A DNA stretch of 38,095 nucleotides from Octopus sinensis. Its lineage: Eukaryota. The position numbers were made by a program, and so were the translations under genes. Below are positions 11,246 through 23,484 of this stretch, one piece after another; within the stretch, counting starts at the first letter, position 1; every line of letters begins with the position of its first letter. The stretch lies in assembly GCF_006345805.1 (NCBI RefSeq), contig NW_021831713.1, forward strand, positions 1 through 38,095, given 5' to 3'. Below the pieces are notes generated by a model, which worked only from the letters and a program-made list of their open reading frames with translations, was not told where the DNA came from and ran no database searches.

Positions 11246-11681
11246 AGTGTGTGTGTGTGTAAACTGTAGACAACTGGAAATTGAAACCAGTCCACCAGTT
11301 CTACTCCTTCCTATTGGTAAGAAAGATAGTTTCTGCTGTCGATGGAGGACCTCATATTTGTAGAAGAGAATTTATACTGTGTTAGTTCCATCCAGTAAAT
11401 GAATTTAAAGTTTTTAACAAAAACGAAGGAGTCAAACAACAAAGAGGTCGACACGCTAGGAATGGCAGTAAAATTGCCGTTAGAATATACTCTGCCTTCT
11501 TAAGAATCTGAAGGATTGTTTAAAGAAGTTTGTTTTAAATGTAAGAGAAAATGACAGTCATGGAAGAAGCGTCCTTCATTATCTGTCTGTGCAACCACAA
11601 GGTAAACAACAATAACGACAGACAACGAGAATTAAAACAACAACAACATCAGAAGTGGCAACAATATCAACAGCAACATCA

Positions 11682-12052
11682 GTGGAGGCGCAATGGCCCA
11701 GTGGTTAGGGCAGCGGACTCGCGGTCGGAGGATCGCGGTTTCGATTCCCAGACCGGGCGTTTTGTGTGTTTATTGAGCGAAAACACCTAAAGCTCCACGA
11801 GGTTCCGGCAGGGGTTGGTGGCGACCCCTGTTGTACTCTTTCACTCCAACTTTTTCTCACTCTTTCTTCCTGTTTCTTGTCCCCGACTTCCTACGCAACC
11901 GCTGAACCTGGATACGCATTCATCCATCCGTCGATACTCTCGGTGTCGGGGGTTGACCTGCTTTCTCTTCTGCGGGTCTTACGAATAGCAAAGGACCACG
12001 TTTCGGACTTCTCCCACTCTGGGACGAAGACCACTTCGCTCAACAAACAAAC
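11682..12052 (+). mobile_element. tRNA-derived SINE, head C + tail X ending in (AAAC)n
   Basis: A-box TGGCCCAGTGG, B-box GGTTTCGATTCCC; first ~195 bp shared with 36874-37253. Confidence 0.85.
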
Positions 12053-12439
12053 AGCAACATCATCAGTAACAACCACAGCAGCATCAGCAGCATCATCACA
12101 ACTTCAGCAGCCATCGTATATGAACATAGAATGGAGTAAATTGCTGAGTTGAGTGAATTTTGTGTGTTAGCGCCATTTTACACCTATCATATTGCCGTGA
12201 CCTCACACACTGAATAAACACAAGTCGTCAGTCGAGGACCGGAAGTGCTTTTGAGAAGTAGCTGAAATATCATCTCCAAGAACAACATCAACACTACAAC
12301 AATAACAACATCAACAACAAAAAACAAAGGCAATAACAACAACAATAACAATCAGAACACAGATTAACTTAAATGTTTCTCTATTATGTCACATCTGAAC
12401 ACTTAGGGAGGTTTCTTTCTCATAGCTCGAAAAAAAAAC

Positions 12440-12476
<37 letters not shown>

Positions 12477-12629
12477 ATAGAAAAAACTCGATTACATATC
12501 GGTTCGTAAAATTCCGTCTCCCCATAATTTTTACTGTGTTCTTTCAGATTCATTAACCGCCAACCATGTTCCCTACCGCATACAACAGTTATGTAATTCC
12601 ATATGTATGTATACAATATGCACTTTATA

Positions 12630-12648
12630 TGTATGTATGTATGTATGT

Positions 12649-12685
<37 letters not shown>

Positions 12686-12698
12686 GATATATATATAT

Positions 12699-12743
<45 letters not shown>

Positions 12744-12849
12744 TATATTCTTATATATATATATATATATATAATATCTACTATATATATATATATATAG
12801 GTATATGTGTGTCTGTGACTACGTGTATGTGAGTGTGGTGTTGTGTCTA

Positions 12850-12885
<36 letters not shown>

Positions 12886-12933
12886 ACAGGCAAGATACAG
12901 ACAGCACAGGGCAAGCTAGCTAGCTGAATAGGT

Positions 12934-13013
<80 letters not shown>

Positions 13014-13030
13014 GACAGACAGATAGAGAG
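12630..13030. repeat. Compound (TA)n, (GA)n, (GATA)n, (GACA)n microsatellites
   Basis: Direct reading. Confidence 0.9.
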
Positions 13031-13104
13031 TGAGAGATAGGCATATATGTAGGTACAGAAGAGAGGTTTAGCTAGATACATGCATAGGTAGTTATATATA
13101 TATA

Positions 13105-13532
13105 CTAGCAGTATCGCCCGGCGTTGCTCAGGTTTGTAAGGGAAATAACTATAAAGCATTTCAGAGAGTTATAGCCAAAAAATAGCAAAGAATGGAAAAA
13201 AATGATGGTAAATTTTTTTTTGAGATTTAAAATGTGGAGTTGCATCCCCTAGACAGTTTGTGGTTCATGTTTCTGATTCCGACCCATGTCGAATTTATAT
13301 CGATTTTTTCAGAACTGGGGGAACTTTTCAAAATTTTCACTGCGTTAGTTTTGAATTATGACATTGGGCTATGTGTGTGTCAAGTTTCATCAGACTCGGT
13401 TGAAAGCCGTGGTCAGGGTGAGGGTACAAGCAAACAGACACACAGAAACACGCACAGACAAACTGCCGTTTATATATATATATATTATAATATATATATA
13501 TAATATATATATATATAATATATATATATTGA
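13105..13532 (-). mobile_element. Non-autonomous Helitron, subfamily H2
   Basis: Minus strand ends CCTGAGCAACGCCGGGCGATACTGCTAG|T; the 5' end lies in an expanded (TA)n, so that boundary is approximate. Confidence 0.8.
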
Positions 13533-13850
13533 TAGAAATGTTAAGAGAACCAAATGAATGAGAGAGACCTCGATATTATGTAAATAGAAGAATTTATCTG
13601 TAATATATGTGACATTATTCGGTAGCCTTGATAAAACTCCGAGTTTCCGATGTTGGGGCGGAAACCCACGCCGCCATCTCTTCAGTTATCGGGCCATCAA
13701 AAAAATTTCATAGCTGAAATGAGAAATGACTGTTGAGTATGTGATCTGCTCTTGAAACACTTTTCAGAGCTCAAAATCATTTACGGTCTCACGATAGGAA
13801 AGAGAAATTATTAGTACAAGAAGAGCTCTGCAGCGAGCACTCAGTCAGCA
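13533..13850 (-). mobile_element. Penelope-like pLTR fragment with hammerhead
   Basis: Inferred from the type-I HHR at 13630-13690; outer boundaries uncertain. Confidence 0.5.
13630..13690 (-). ncRNA. Type-I hammerhead ribozyme motif
   Basis: GAUAA-CUGAAGA-GAUG..hairpin..CAUC-G-GAAA-CUC-G-GAGU-U-UUAUC: 5-bp stem I, intact core with one extra G before GAAA, stem III ACUC/GAGU, GUU triplet. Confidence 0.75.
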
Positions 13851-13869
13851 TATTTATATACTGTCAGTG

Positions 13870-14038
13870 TATGTGCGTATGTATGTATTTATGTACGTAT
13901 GTATGTATGTATGTATGTCGCACGTATTTATATATGTATGTAGTATGTATGAATTCTGTATGTATGTATGTTTTATGTATGTATGTATGTATGAATGTAT
14001 GTATGAATGTATGTATATATGTATGTATATATGTATAG

Positions 14039-14087
<49 letters not shown>

Positions 14088-14140
14088 ATGTATGTATATT
14101 ATATATATATATGTGTATGTATGTATGTATATATATATAG

Positions 14141-14179
<39 letters not shown>

Positions 14180-14800
14180 TGCATACATATATTTATATAC
14201 AGTGTGTGTTTGTGTGTGCGTAAGTGTCTGTATACGATGGTGGTGTGAAGTAACAATTGGGAATTCATCCGCTTCCAGTTCTCAGTTTGATTCCGAAGTT
14301 TTATTACTTAAACTTCTACAGTTTGGCATTTAATTTTCGCTCTCACTTGTCACATCATTCGCTAATTCTCTTTCCTGTCTTACACACACTCACACAAACG
14401 TATACACACATACACAAGTATGCATATACATATATATATGAATATACAGATAAATAATTATACATATATACTTATGTACACCAGACACACTCATATATAT
14501 GTATATGTATATGTATTTATGTATACATAGGTATATATGTATAATTATTTATGTTTCTGTAAATTCCAACTATATATGTATATATATCTATCTAAATATA
14601 ATATATATTATATATATTATATATATATATATACATATATGAATATATGAATATATGCGTATGTGTGTGCGTTGCTTTTTGAGCCAAAAAATTAACTAAC
14701 TAACATATATATGTATATATATGCATGTATGTATATATATAATATATATATATAATATATATAATATATATATATGTATATTCATGCATTCATAATACGT
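13870..14800. repeat. Degenerate (TATG)n/(TA)n microsatellite field
   Basis: Direct reading. Confidence 0.85.
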
Positions 14801-15488
14801 CATACATCAATACTACAATACACGCATACAAACATTAGTTGCTTCAGTTGAAATTTGTCTTTGGAACTTTATGAAATTTCATATTTTTTCCTATTTTTCT
14901 GCGTTATCAGTTTCCCTCTGTACAGCCGACATATTTGTTGACAAACTCTATATTTACCAAACTTTAACTGTGATATTTCTTCTCCCATGTGATTGTTATA
15001 TATGTAAATTTTAACTATTTTATATACACCTCAAGACATCTCCAGGTATGCTTACGACAGTGTGTGTGTGAGTTTAAATGTGCGTGTGTGCGTTGGAGTG
15101 TGTGTGCGCGTAATCATGTGCTTCATATTGCAAAGCTTGAAAAGTTTATGCATTAGAATTTTGATGATATTTTTGTAACAACAGATAATTGCATAATAAT
15201 GTTTTCTTTGGTACTTATATATGCATGCATGATGTAAATATGTCTGAATTTATATATATATGTATATATGTATACACATACACACACATATATGTAGTGA
15301 ACATTTGAACGATTAACTGTATGACCACAAATGTTTAAAATATGAGTTTGAAAAACTACTAAAAAACGGCTAATCGATAAATTGGTTAACGGAGTTACTA
15401 AGCCATTAACTAACAATAACAATAAAGGACCGAACCAGTGCGTGTGTTTTATTATACCCCGGGCATAATGCCCTCCCAAGGTTCAATA

Positions 15489-15489
<1 letters not shown>

Positions 15490-15526
<37 letters not shown>

Positions 15527-15651
15527 GCATATATATATATATATATATATATATGCATATATATATACATACACACCCACGCACACACATGCGTATATAT
15601 ATATACATATATATATATATTATATATACCTACATAAATGTATTAATATAT

Positions 15652-15685
<34 letters not shown>
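15490..15685. repeat. (TA)n microsatellite abutting the PLE 3' end
   Basis: Direct reading. Confidence 0.9.
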
Positions 15686-15704
15686 AAGTTATAGTCGGTC
15701 ATAA

Positions 15705-15761
15705 AGTGACTGTAGTTTCGTGTCTACAAATTTCTTAGGATTATAGGCAACTCGTCAGACT
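15705..15761 (-). ncRNA. Type-I hammerhead ribozyme motif with GUC site
   Basis: AGU-CUGACGA-GUUGCCUA..UAGACAC-GAAA-CU-AC-AGU-C-ACU: canonical core, imperfect stem II, short stem III ACU/AGU, cleavage predicted after C15708. Confidence 0.8.
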
Positions 15762-15949
15762 GAGGGTGCGTAACAGCTCCAGGACTGGAGGAAGAAATAC
15801 GTAACGTGCAGCGGGTTTTTAGACAAAAAATAATTTTCCGTGTTGCGAGAGGAAGTTAGCGGAACGGGCTTTAACCACTTACAACGGCTCCGGGCATAGC
15901 AATATTCGAAGGAGCCGTGGCGAGACTATTCATCAAATTGGGAATTCCA

Positions 15950-16810
15950 AGTCTGAAGTAGGAATCGGTTTTGATGTGGGCATTGGCTAAATACTTCTTT
16001 CCTGGAGTTTAAAAAGAGCGAGTTTTTACATGATTCTTGCTCTCTGAGCTTAGCGAAGCTTATAACGTTTACTTCCGTTTATAGAAGCCTCTGATTGTTC
16101 AAGTAACTTCCATTCAATTATGTATGGTTTCTATTCGCTTTTAAGCGCCGAATGTGGCTGGCCAGGGACGTGATGTTGCGCCTTTCCGGTATCCTAAAAG
16201 AGGGCTTATTGCTGTTCAGATGTTGCTTAATCAGGGGCGCAGTTGAACCGACATATTTTCGTATCTGCCTATTGAATGTGCTATCACCGCCGATGTTTGT
16301 TTCGTTATTTCCGGATCTTATGTCGTTGTTGCTGTTGTTAGAGTAGCTGCCGGTGCTGATATTCCTGGACATGATTCTGATGGTTCCGTTGCTTCTGGCG
16401 TAGCGACCATTTCCGGCCGCAAAGTTGGTGCTACTTCTGCCGTTGTAGCTGTTGGTATCGTTGTCTCTGCTGCTTGAAGCGCTGCTATCGCCGCTACCGT
16501 TGTTGTTGTTGCTGTTGTCGGTGGGTGCATCGTTACCGCTTATGTTGTTACTTTGGCCACCACCGTCACAGCTGTCATTGCTGTCGTTGTTGTTGTCGGA
16601 AGATGTTCCGTTGCTGTTTAAGCTATTAGTCTGGTCGCCAGTGGCGGCTACCACCTCAGCCACAAGTACGATCTCCTTGGCTTCACTTCGATCCCCTTAC
16701 TGGGAAGTCATTATATAACCTACATGAACATCTAGCCTCTGCTCGCGGCTTAGGGGTGCTCGCTAAAATTCCATTAATGTTGGACGCGTAACTGAAGGAT
16801 AGCCTTAAGG
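15950..16810 (-). pseudogene. PLE GIY-YIG endonuclease region, frameshifted, with low-complexity insert
   Basis: ORF 16118-16663 is the central piece; flanking motifs lie in other frames and contain stops. Confidence 0.8.
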
Positions 16811-17059
16811 TGTGCTTATTCAGTTGTGCCATATATATGATTCACAGTGTAAAGCAGAGACACTGAAGTCAATTTGAATGTAATTTTAATATCGGCCTTC
16901 GTGTGTGTGTGAGAGAGAGAGAGTGTGTGTGTTTGTGTGTATGTTTCTCTGTGTGTCTGTGTGTGAGTGTGTGTGTGTGTCTGTGCGCGCGTGTCTGAGT
17001 CACTCTGTGTGTGACTCTGTGCGCGTGTGTCTGTGTGTCCCTGTGCGTGCGTGTCTGTC

Positions 17060-17340
17060 TGTGTGTGTGTGTATCTCTTTGAAGTACATTGAATTCTTTC
17101 AGTTCAATCCTCACACAGCCACCAATTGGAAACAGCATCAGCTCAACCGAAACGTGACAAACCTAACGCTTTGCTTATTATAGTCCCAATAGGCTTCCAT
17201 AATTTCACCTCAGAAAACTTACAAAGATGCAAGATGATTATTAAAACACACTTGTTCAAGATTACACTGGGATCGAACACATGGTACCCATGTTTGTGAA
17301 GGCAACTCGTTAACCACTGGACCATGGCCGCGTCCATTTT
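17060..17340 (-). mobile_element. Degenerate tRNA-derived SINE
   Basis: Minus strand TGGTCCAGTGG (A-box) and GTGTTCGATCCC (B-box), then CTTGAACAAGTG. Confidence 0.5.
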
Positions 17341-17593
17341 CCCTCCCTTTATTTCTTTCCTCATTTTTTCTCCTTTCTCTCTATACACAGACATGCATAC
17401 ACGATATAATACCTTGAATATTGAGAAACTCCTCTCTCAAGCAGATCGATTTCCTATCATTTTTCCTTCCTTCATCTAAATATTTTATAACCGCAAGATA
17501 TATTCTCACATTCAGTTATTGATACGACATTATTGTGGTGCTATTTTTTTCGAAGTAGTTACATTCGTATTTCTTAAACCTTCATTCTTAAAA

Positions 17594-17959
17594 CAGTTCT
17601 ATATTTAAGAGATGAGGAATTATGTACATTATTTGCATTATTTGCATTTGACCGATATTTGTCCTCGTCTTGTTTGTTGTGCCCTAAAATTCACTCCATA
17701 ATTGCCCACGGGCGTATGGCGTAGTAGTTAAGAGCACGGGCTACTGATCAAAAGATTCCGAGTTCGACTCCAAGCAGTGACCTGAATAATAATAATAATA
17801 ATAATAATAACATCAGAAAATACTTTAGGAATGAGAACCCAGGTCTGAAATTTCCCCAAGACACCTGATGAAGGCTGGAGGGTATATCAGCCGAAACGTT
17901 GTGTTAACAACAAACAAGATGAGGACAAATATCCGTCAAATGTAAATAATGTAAATAAT
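17594..17959 (+). mobile_element. Candidate PLE-mobilised SINE: inverted tail (17594-17680) + tRNA-like head (17709-17784) + (AAT)n + hammerhead tail
   Basis: A-box TGGCGTAGTAG 17717-17727, B-box GTTCGACTCC 17762-17771, HHR 17860-17905; 17594-17680 is the reverse complement of the element's 3' end. Confidence 0.8.
17860..17905 (+). ncRNA. Minimal type-I hammerhead ribozyme motif
   Basis: GACAC-CUGAUGA-A-GGCUG..CAGCC-GAA-ACGU-U-GUGUU: stem I 5 bp, stem II 5 bp, palindromic ACGU stem III, GUU triplet. Confidence 0.82.
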
Positions 17960-18364
17960 CTTCATCAGTATTACTACCTCAGTGGCCCCTTCCTTCAATA
18001 TTAACCCCTCTTTGTGCAAAATTTATATTTTTATGTAGGAGGAGGTGGAAATCTTCTTGTAGCAATGATAATTTGCTTCCATTTTTTGCGAAGGGAAATG
18101 GGGCAATGTCCCTCAATATTGCAGACCCTTTTTTCTTAATCTCGTGAGATTGATGCAGGTAATGTCCACTCTGAAAATACGTGGGTAACATTTGTCTGAA
18201 AGGGGCCAGCGCAGACGAGAAAGAAGCTCACTTATTTGCCCGTCTCTGTTATGTCAGCAGAGGAACCAAAGAGTCTGGGTGTCAGTAGCTGAGTGTCAGG
18301 TCGGCACTGGGGGGCAAAAAAATTGACCGTAGAAAATTTATGGCAATATAAAAACCATTGTGGT

Positions 18365-18365
<1 letters not shown>

Positions 18366-18402
<37 letters not shown>

Positions 18403-18851
18403 CCACCACCACCATCACCATCACCATCATCATCACCACCCTCATCATAATCATCATCATCATTATCAACATCGTCGTCGTCGTAGTAGTCATCATCATC
18501 GCCACCACTATCACAACTATCACCACCACCACCACCACCACCAATATCGCCATTGTGGTAATCAAACCATCATCGCCATTGTGGTAATCATCATCATCTT
18601 CATCACCACCAACACCACCATCATCATCATCATCATCATCATCAACGTCGTCGCCGTCACGGTCATCGTCAACATCATCATCATCAACATCATTATTGTC
18701 ATCGCCATCGTTTGCGTCGACAGTGTCATCCTCGTCGTTTCTATCATCATTGTCATCGAAGTCATCTTCCTCATGGACGTCTTCCTTCTCATCATCATCA
18801 TCATCATCATCATCATCACCGCTGCCACCATCGTTTACATCGTCATCACCG

Positions 18852-18887
<36 letters not shown>

Positions 18888-18900
18888 TCATTACCACTAT
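18366..18900. repeat. Degenerate (CAT)n/(CAC)n trinucleotide array
   Basis: Direct reading; explains the poly-His/Ile/Ser ORFs. Confidence 0.9.
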
Positions 18901-19019
18901 CTTTATAAATCGCCTTTACGATGATTTACAAATGAAAATAAATAATTGATTGGACTGTAAGAGTGCTGTCAGGAGATAGCGATAATGAGATGGCTATCGA
19001 TGTGTTACTAATAGGCACA

Positions 19020-19180
19020 GCCGTGTCTGTGTGGTTGCGAAGTGCGGTCTGAAAGAGCCTGGTTACAAGTTCAATCGCGCTGCAAGCCACCTTCATCTAG
19101 TGCCTATTTCTGTTGCCCTGTGATGTGAACAATGACCCTTGGAAAACAAATTTTGTAGACGGAAATTATGTGAGAGCTAG
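19020..19180 (+). mobile_element. Highly degenerate SINE family A 5' part
   Basis: CTGTGTGGTT...AGTTCAATC...TTTGTAGACGGAAAT then microsatellite, as in family A. Confidence 0.4.
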
Positions 19181-19184
19181 CTAT

Positions 19185-19474
19185 ATACATACATACATAC
19201 ACACATTCATACATACATACATACATACAGAAATACATACATGCATACATAACATACATACATACATAAATACATACATAAATACATACATACATACATA
19301 CATACATACATACATACATTCATACATAAAAACATACATGCATACATACATACATAAATACTTACATACATACCTACATACATACATACATACATACATG
19401 CATACCTACCTACCTACATGCATACATACATACATAAATACATACATACATACATACATACATACATACATGCA

Positions 19475-19505
<31 letters not shown>

Positions 19506-19515
19506 CATACATACA
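19185..19515. repeat. (TACA)n microsatellite
   Basis: Direct reading. Confidence 0.95.
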
Positions 19516-19602
19516 AACGTATGCCATTAGAGCAGCAGAAATAATGGGTAAATTACGCGTATAAAGCGGAAGAATTTGCCAACATACAGCCATAGGATTC
19601 GA

Positions 19603-19862
19603 ACCCAGAAAGAATATCAGAGAAGCCACAACAATATAGCCAGGCTTGTCCATTAGACACTTTGCAACAAGTATGGACTATGGACTATGACCACAAACCT
19701 GAAGGCATTGTCGAAAACAGAAATGCAAAGATCCTATGGGATTTTATGATTCAGTGTGACCATGAGATTGAGAATAGGAAACTGGACATAGTCTTAATTG
19801 AGAAAGAAAACAAACTATACTGGATCATAGGTATAACATGCCCAGCGGACAATATGGTATGC
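19603..19862 (+). mobile_element. RLE non-LTR retrotransposon fragment, degenerate
   Basis: KEYQRSHNNIARLVH*TLCNKYGL and YDHKPEGIVENRNAKILWDFMIQCDHEIENRKLDIVLIEK. Confidence 0.8.
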
Positions 19863-19874
19863 GATTGTGTGTGT

Positions 19875-19918
<44 letters not shown>

Positions 19919-20106
19919 TTGTCCCTCACCGCCGCTTGGCAACTGATGTTGGAGTGTTTACGGCCCCGTAACTTAGCGGTTCGACAAAAGAGAACGGTAG
20001 AATAAGTACCAGGCTTTTAAAAATAAGGATCGATTCATTCGACTAAAAATTCTTCAAAGCCGTGCCCCAGGATGGCCGCAGTCTAATGACTGAAACAATC
20101 AAGAGA
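19863..20106 (+). mobile_element. SINE family A, 3' half
   Basis: (TG)n then CCCCGTAACTTAGCGGTTCG...GTGCCCCAGGATGGCCGCAGTCTAATGACTGAAACAA. Confidence 0.8.
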
Positions 20107-20669
20107 TGCATGTATACGTTTGAACGGGTATTTATGTATGTGTAAAATACGTTTTGAAATGTACGTTTAGCTCCCTTATTTTTCCGGTCATTTGCTTCTG
20201 GCCATTCTGGGGCACCATTTTGCCATGAAATAAGGATGAAAGCTAAGTCAAGTACAGCGAAATTTCAACTCCTACCGTTGGATGAATTATGCAACAATTA
20301 TCTGTGCTCAACTACCACTAAAAATAGCAGCCCAACGTCCCTCATTCTACAATCTTGTTATAATGATCAGAAGGTTAACTTTGTCGATATTGTTTTAAAT
20401 ACAAACAGACTATGAAATTCGGCGCACTTTTGATCGATCCAGCTAAAATAGAGGTTAAACGAGAACAAGATTTTGTGTCAGCTTTAACAGCAACGACTAT
20501 GCCTTGGCCAGGAAGCGATCGCACGTTCGCCACATTAGAATTGGAAACAGTTCTTCATACACACCTTCACCAAAATCGTCATTTCTTTCTTTTCACTCTT
20601 CAATGTCCCCTGTATGCCTATAGTGCGATTGTACATAGGTACACACAGACACATACACACAGAGATATA

Positions 20670-20705
20670 AACACATACATATATATATACACATATAATC
20701 ATATA

Positions 20706-20741
<36 letters not shown>

Positions 20742-21061
20742 TGTATGTATGTATGTATGTATGTATGTATATATATATGTATGTATGTATGTATATATAT
20801 ATATATATATATATATGAAGAGAGAGATAAAGATGGAGAGAGAGAAAAACAGAGGGAGACAGAGACAGAGAGAGTGCGGGGGAGGATGGTCAAATAAATA
20901 GACGTAGAGATGTATAGATAGGTCGATAGACAAACAGACAGACAGGTGAGAAAATAACAGGTATCAATGTACATGTACGTAAGTAAAGGTGTGTATGTTT
21001 CTCCGTGTGTGTTCATTATATATGTTTGTATGTATGTATGTATGAATTTGTGTGTGTGTGT

Positions 21062-21099
<38 letters not shown>

Positions 21100-21177
21100 T
21101 GCGCGTGAGTATAATGTTTGAGCAGATATGTAATCGTAATTATTTTTTACTTTCCCTATTTATCAAAATGCATGTAA

Positions 21178-21228
<51 letters not shown>

Positions 21229-21784
21229 TGTGTGCACGAGCGCGCGTAAGAGTTCGTGAGACTGAATGTATGCTCCTTTATATATTTCGGTATGTGTATG
21301 TAGAACTGTCATGTTGTACACCTGTATGTAAATTTCAGAATTTACACCTAGATCACTTCATATACACGCATACACTGACACGAATACACACACACACACA
21401 CCACACACACACACACACACACAAGCTGGTCTATTTGTTCCTGTGTATGTAATAATTCAAATTTATATAAACACATACCGAATCAAAGTTATACAAGTTT
21501 AAAATGTCACGCACACAAACACATCAACAAGCAGAGACACGGACATATTTATATAGTAAAATGATATACATACACATATATACGCAAGCAAGCATATGCA
21601 CGCATACATATGCATGTGTATATGTGTGTGTGTGTACACACATATAATTATACATACTCACACGTATTATATATACATATATATACATGTATATATATGT
21701 ATATATATATATTTATATGTATGTACATAAATTTTTATATGTATACAAATATATATGCATGCACATACATATATATATATATAT

Positions 21785-21828
<44 letters not shown>

Positions 21829-22200
21829 ATGTGTATACATGCATTTTATTGCTATTGCTATTAATTGACATTGTATTAAACAAAGATAGGCACATATAAA
21901 GACACATGCATATACAAATATACACACACACATATATATGTACATATAAGTGTATATCACTCAAATATACATATATATGTGTGTGTGTGTGTGTGTCTGT
22001 ATAAATAAATAGGTGTGAGCTCACGTGTGCCGGTGTAAATACATGTGCGTATTTGGCTGTTTATGGTGTGTATATAAACCCCTGTGTAAACGGTATATAA
22101 ACATAAATATATTCATACATACGTATATATATGTAGTTGATATCATGTATATATATATACATATATGTGTGTGTAGTTGATATTATATATACACACACAA

Positions 22201-22240
<40 letters not shown>

Positions 22241-22330
22241 AGATATGTAAATTTTCATACGTATGTATATAACCGATATATATAAATGCGCATACTCTCA
22301 CATACACTTATATGTGTGTGTATATATATA
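20670..22330. repeat. Field of (TA)n, (TATG)n, (TG)n, (CA)n and (GA)n microsatellites
   Basis: Direct reading. Confidence 0.85.
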
Positions 22331-23209
22331 TTTACACTCACATATTCATACAATCATGTGATATGTATATTGCATATTCTCATAGACAGGTTTCGTCGCC
22401 CCCCTCCATCACCCACAGATTACAACACGATGTGATATGCAAAAAGGTATGCATACACAGTTGGCTGCACATACAAATGCACGGGTGCATATGTTGGAGA
22501 TAAGATATTCCTGAAAGACTATTGCAAAATACAAGCCGAAAAACAAACGTAAAATAAAAAAACAAAAACAAAACACGATGCGGTGCTAATTTGTATTGAA
22601 AAGAATTTAGCACCTCCGGCGAACTCTACCAAACTTCTTGCTTCTCCCACGTGATCAACATGGCGGTTACATCATGCAAATTAGCTTCCTTTTTCCGCTT
22701 TGTGTTGCTTCTTGGTTGAGTTTTAAAATTTTGGTTTTTATACAACAAAAATTTTAAAAACTTTAGATTTATGTATATTTTGTTTTGTCGTGTTTTCTAG
22801 TAGTTTATGTAGGTGTTTTTATGATCAATTCCCATGTTCTTTTTTTGTTTTTCCAGCTATTATTTTCGATGCTTCTATTTATTTAAATTTATTTACTTAT
22901 TTATTTATTTTTTTGCATCAACTTTTCACATTTACATAATAACCTGTCATGAGAAATGTAAATGTCTGCTCCATTCTAAATTCTTCTGTGTCTTTTTTTT
23001 TATTCTTCAAATTTATTTCTTCTAAATTTATTGTGTTGTTTGTGTTTAGATTTTGGTGTGTGTTCATTTTAAGTTGATGCGAGAATCACCACCTCAACCA
23101 CTTCTCCTCTCCGCCTCATACAATCGTAAGGACACCATCGCAAAATTTAGGAAACGAATTATAAATTAAGTCCCAAAATATAGGAAATATACTACCAGGT
23201 AAAATAACA

Positions 23210-23210
23210 G

Positions 23211-23291
<81 letters not shown>

Positions 23292-23328
23292 ATATATATA
23301 TATAATATATTATATATATATATGTATG

Positions 23329-23364
<36 letters not shown>

Positions 23365-23434
23365 TGTATATATATACACACAATATATATAAATGGATGG
23401 ATGAATGGATATATATATACTATACATATATATA

Positions 23435-23484
<50 letters not shown>

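Larger units (their letters stand above)
15688..16870 (-). mobile_element. 5'-truncated Penelope-like element: linker + GIY-YIG endonuclease + pLTR with hammerhead
   Basis: Minus-strand NKHTLRLSFSYASNINGIL...CSCRLYNDFPVRG / EIVLVAEV...KYVGST...LASHIRRLK / IEWKLLE...KRYKLR*AQRARIM / SRKEVFSQCPHQNRFLL, followed by a HHR. Confidence 0.85.

Noticed and set aside
11686-11760. tRNA-like sequences (also at 17709, 25823, 27178, 37180)
   Set aside because: A/B boxes are present but acceptor and anticodon stems are imperfect, and each continues into a SINE body; these are SINE heads, not tRNA genes
18293-18949. 218-aa poly-His/Ile ORF and overlapping ORFs
   Set aside because: Translation of a (CAT)n array that is open in several frames on both strands; no domain or splice context
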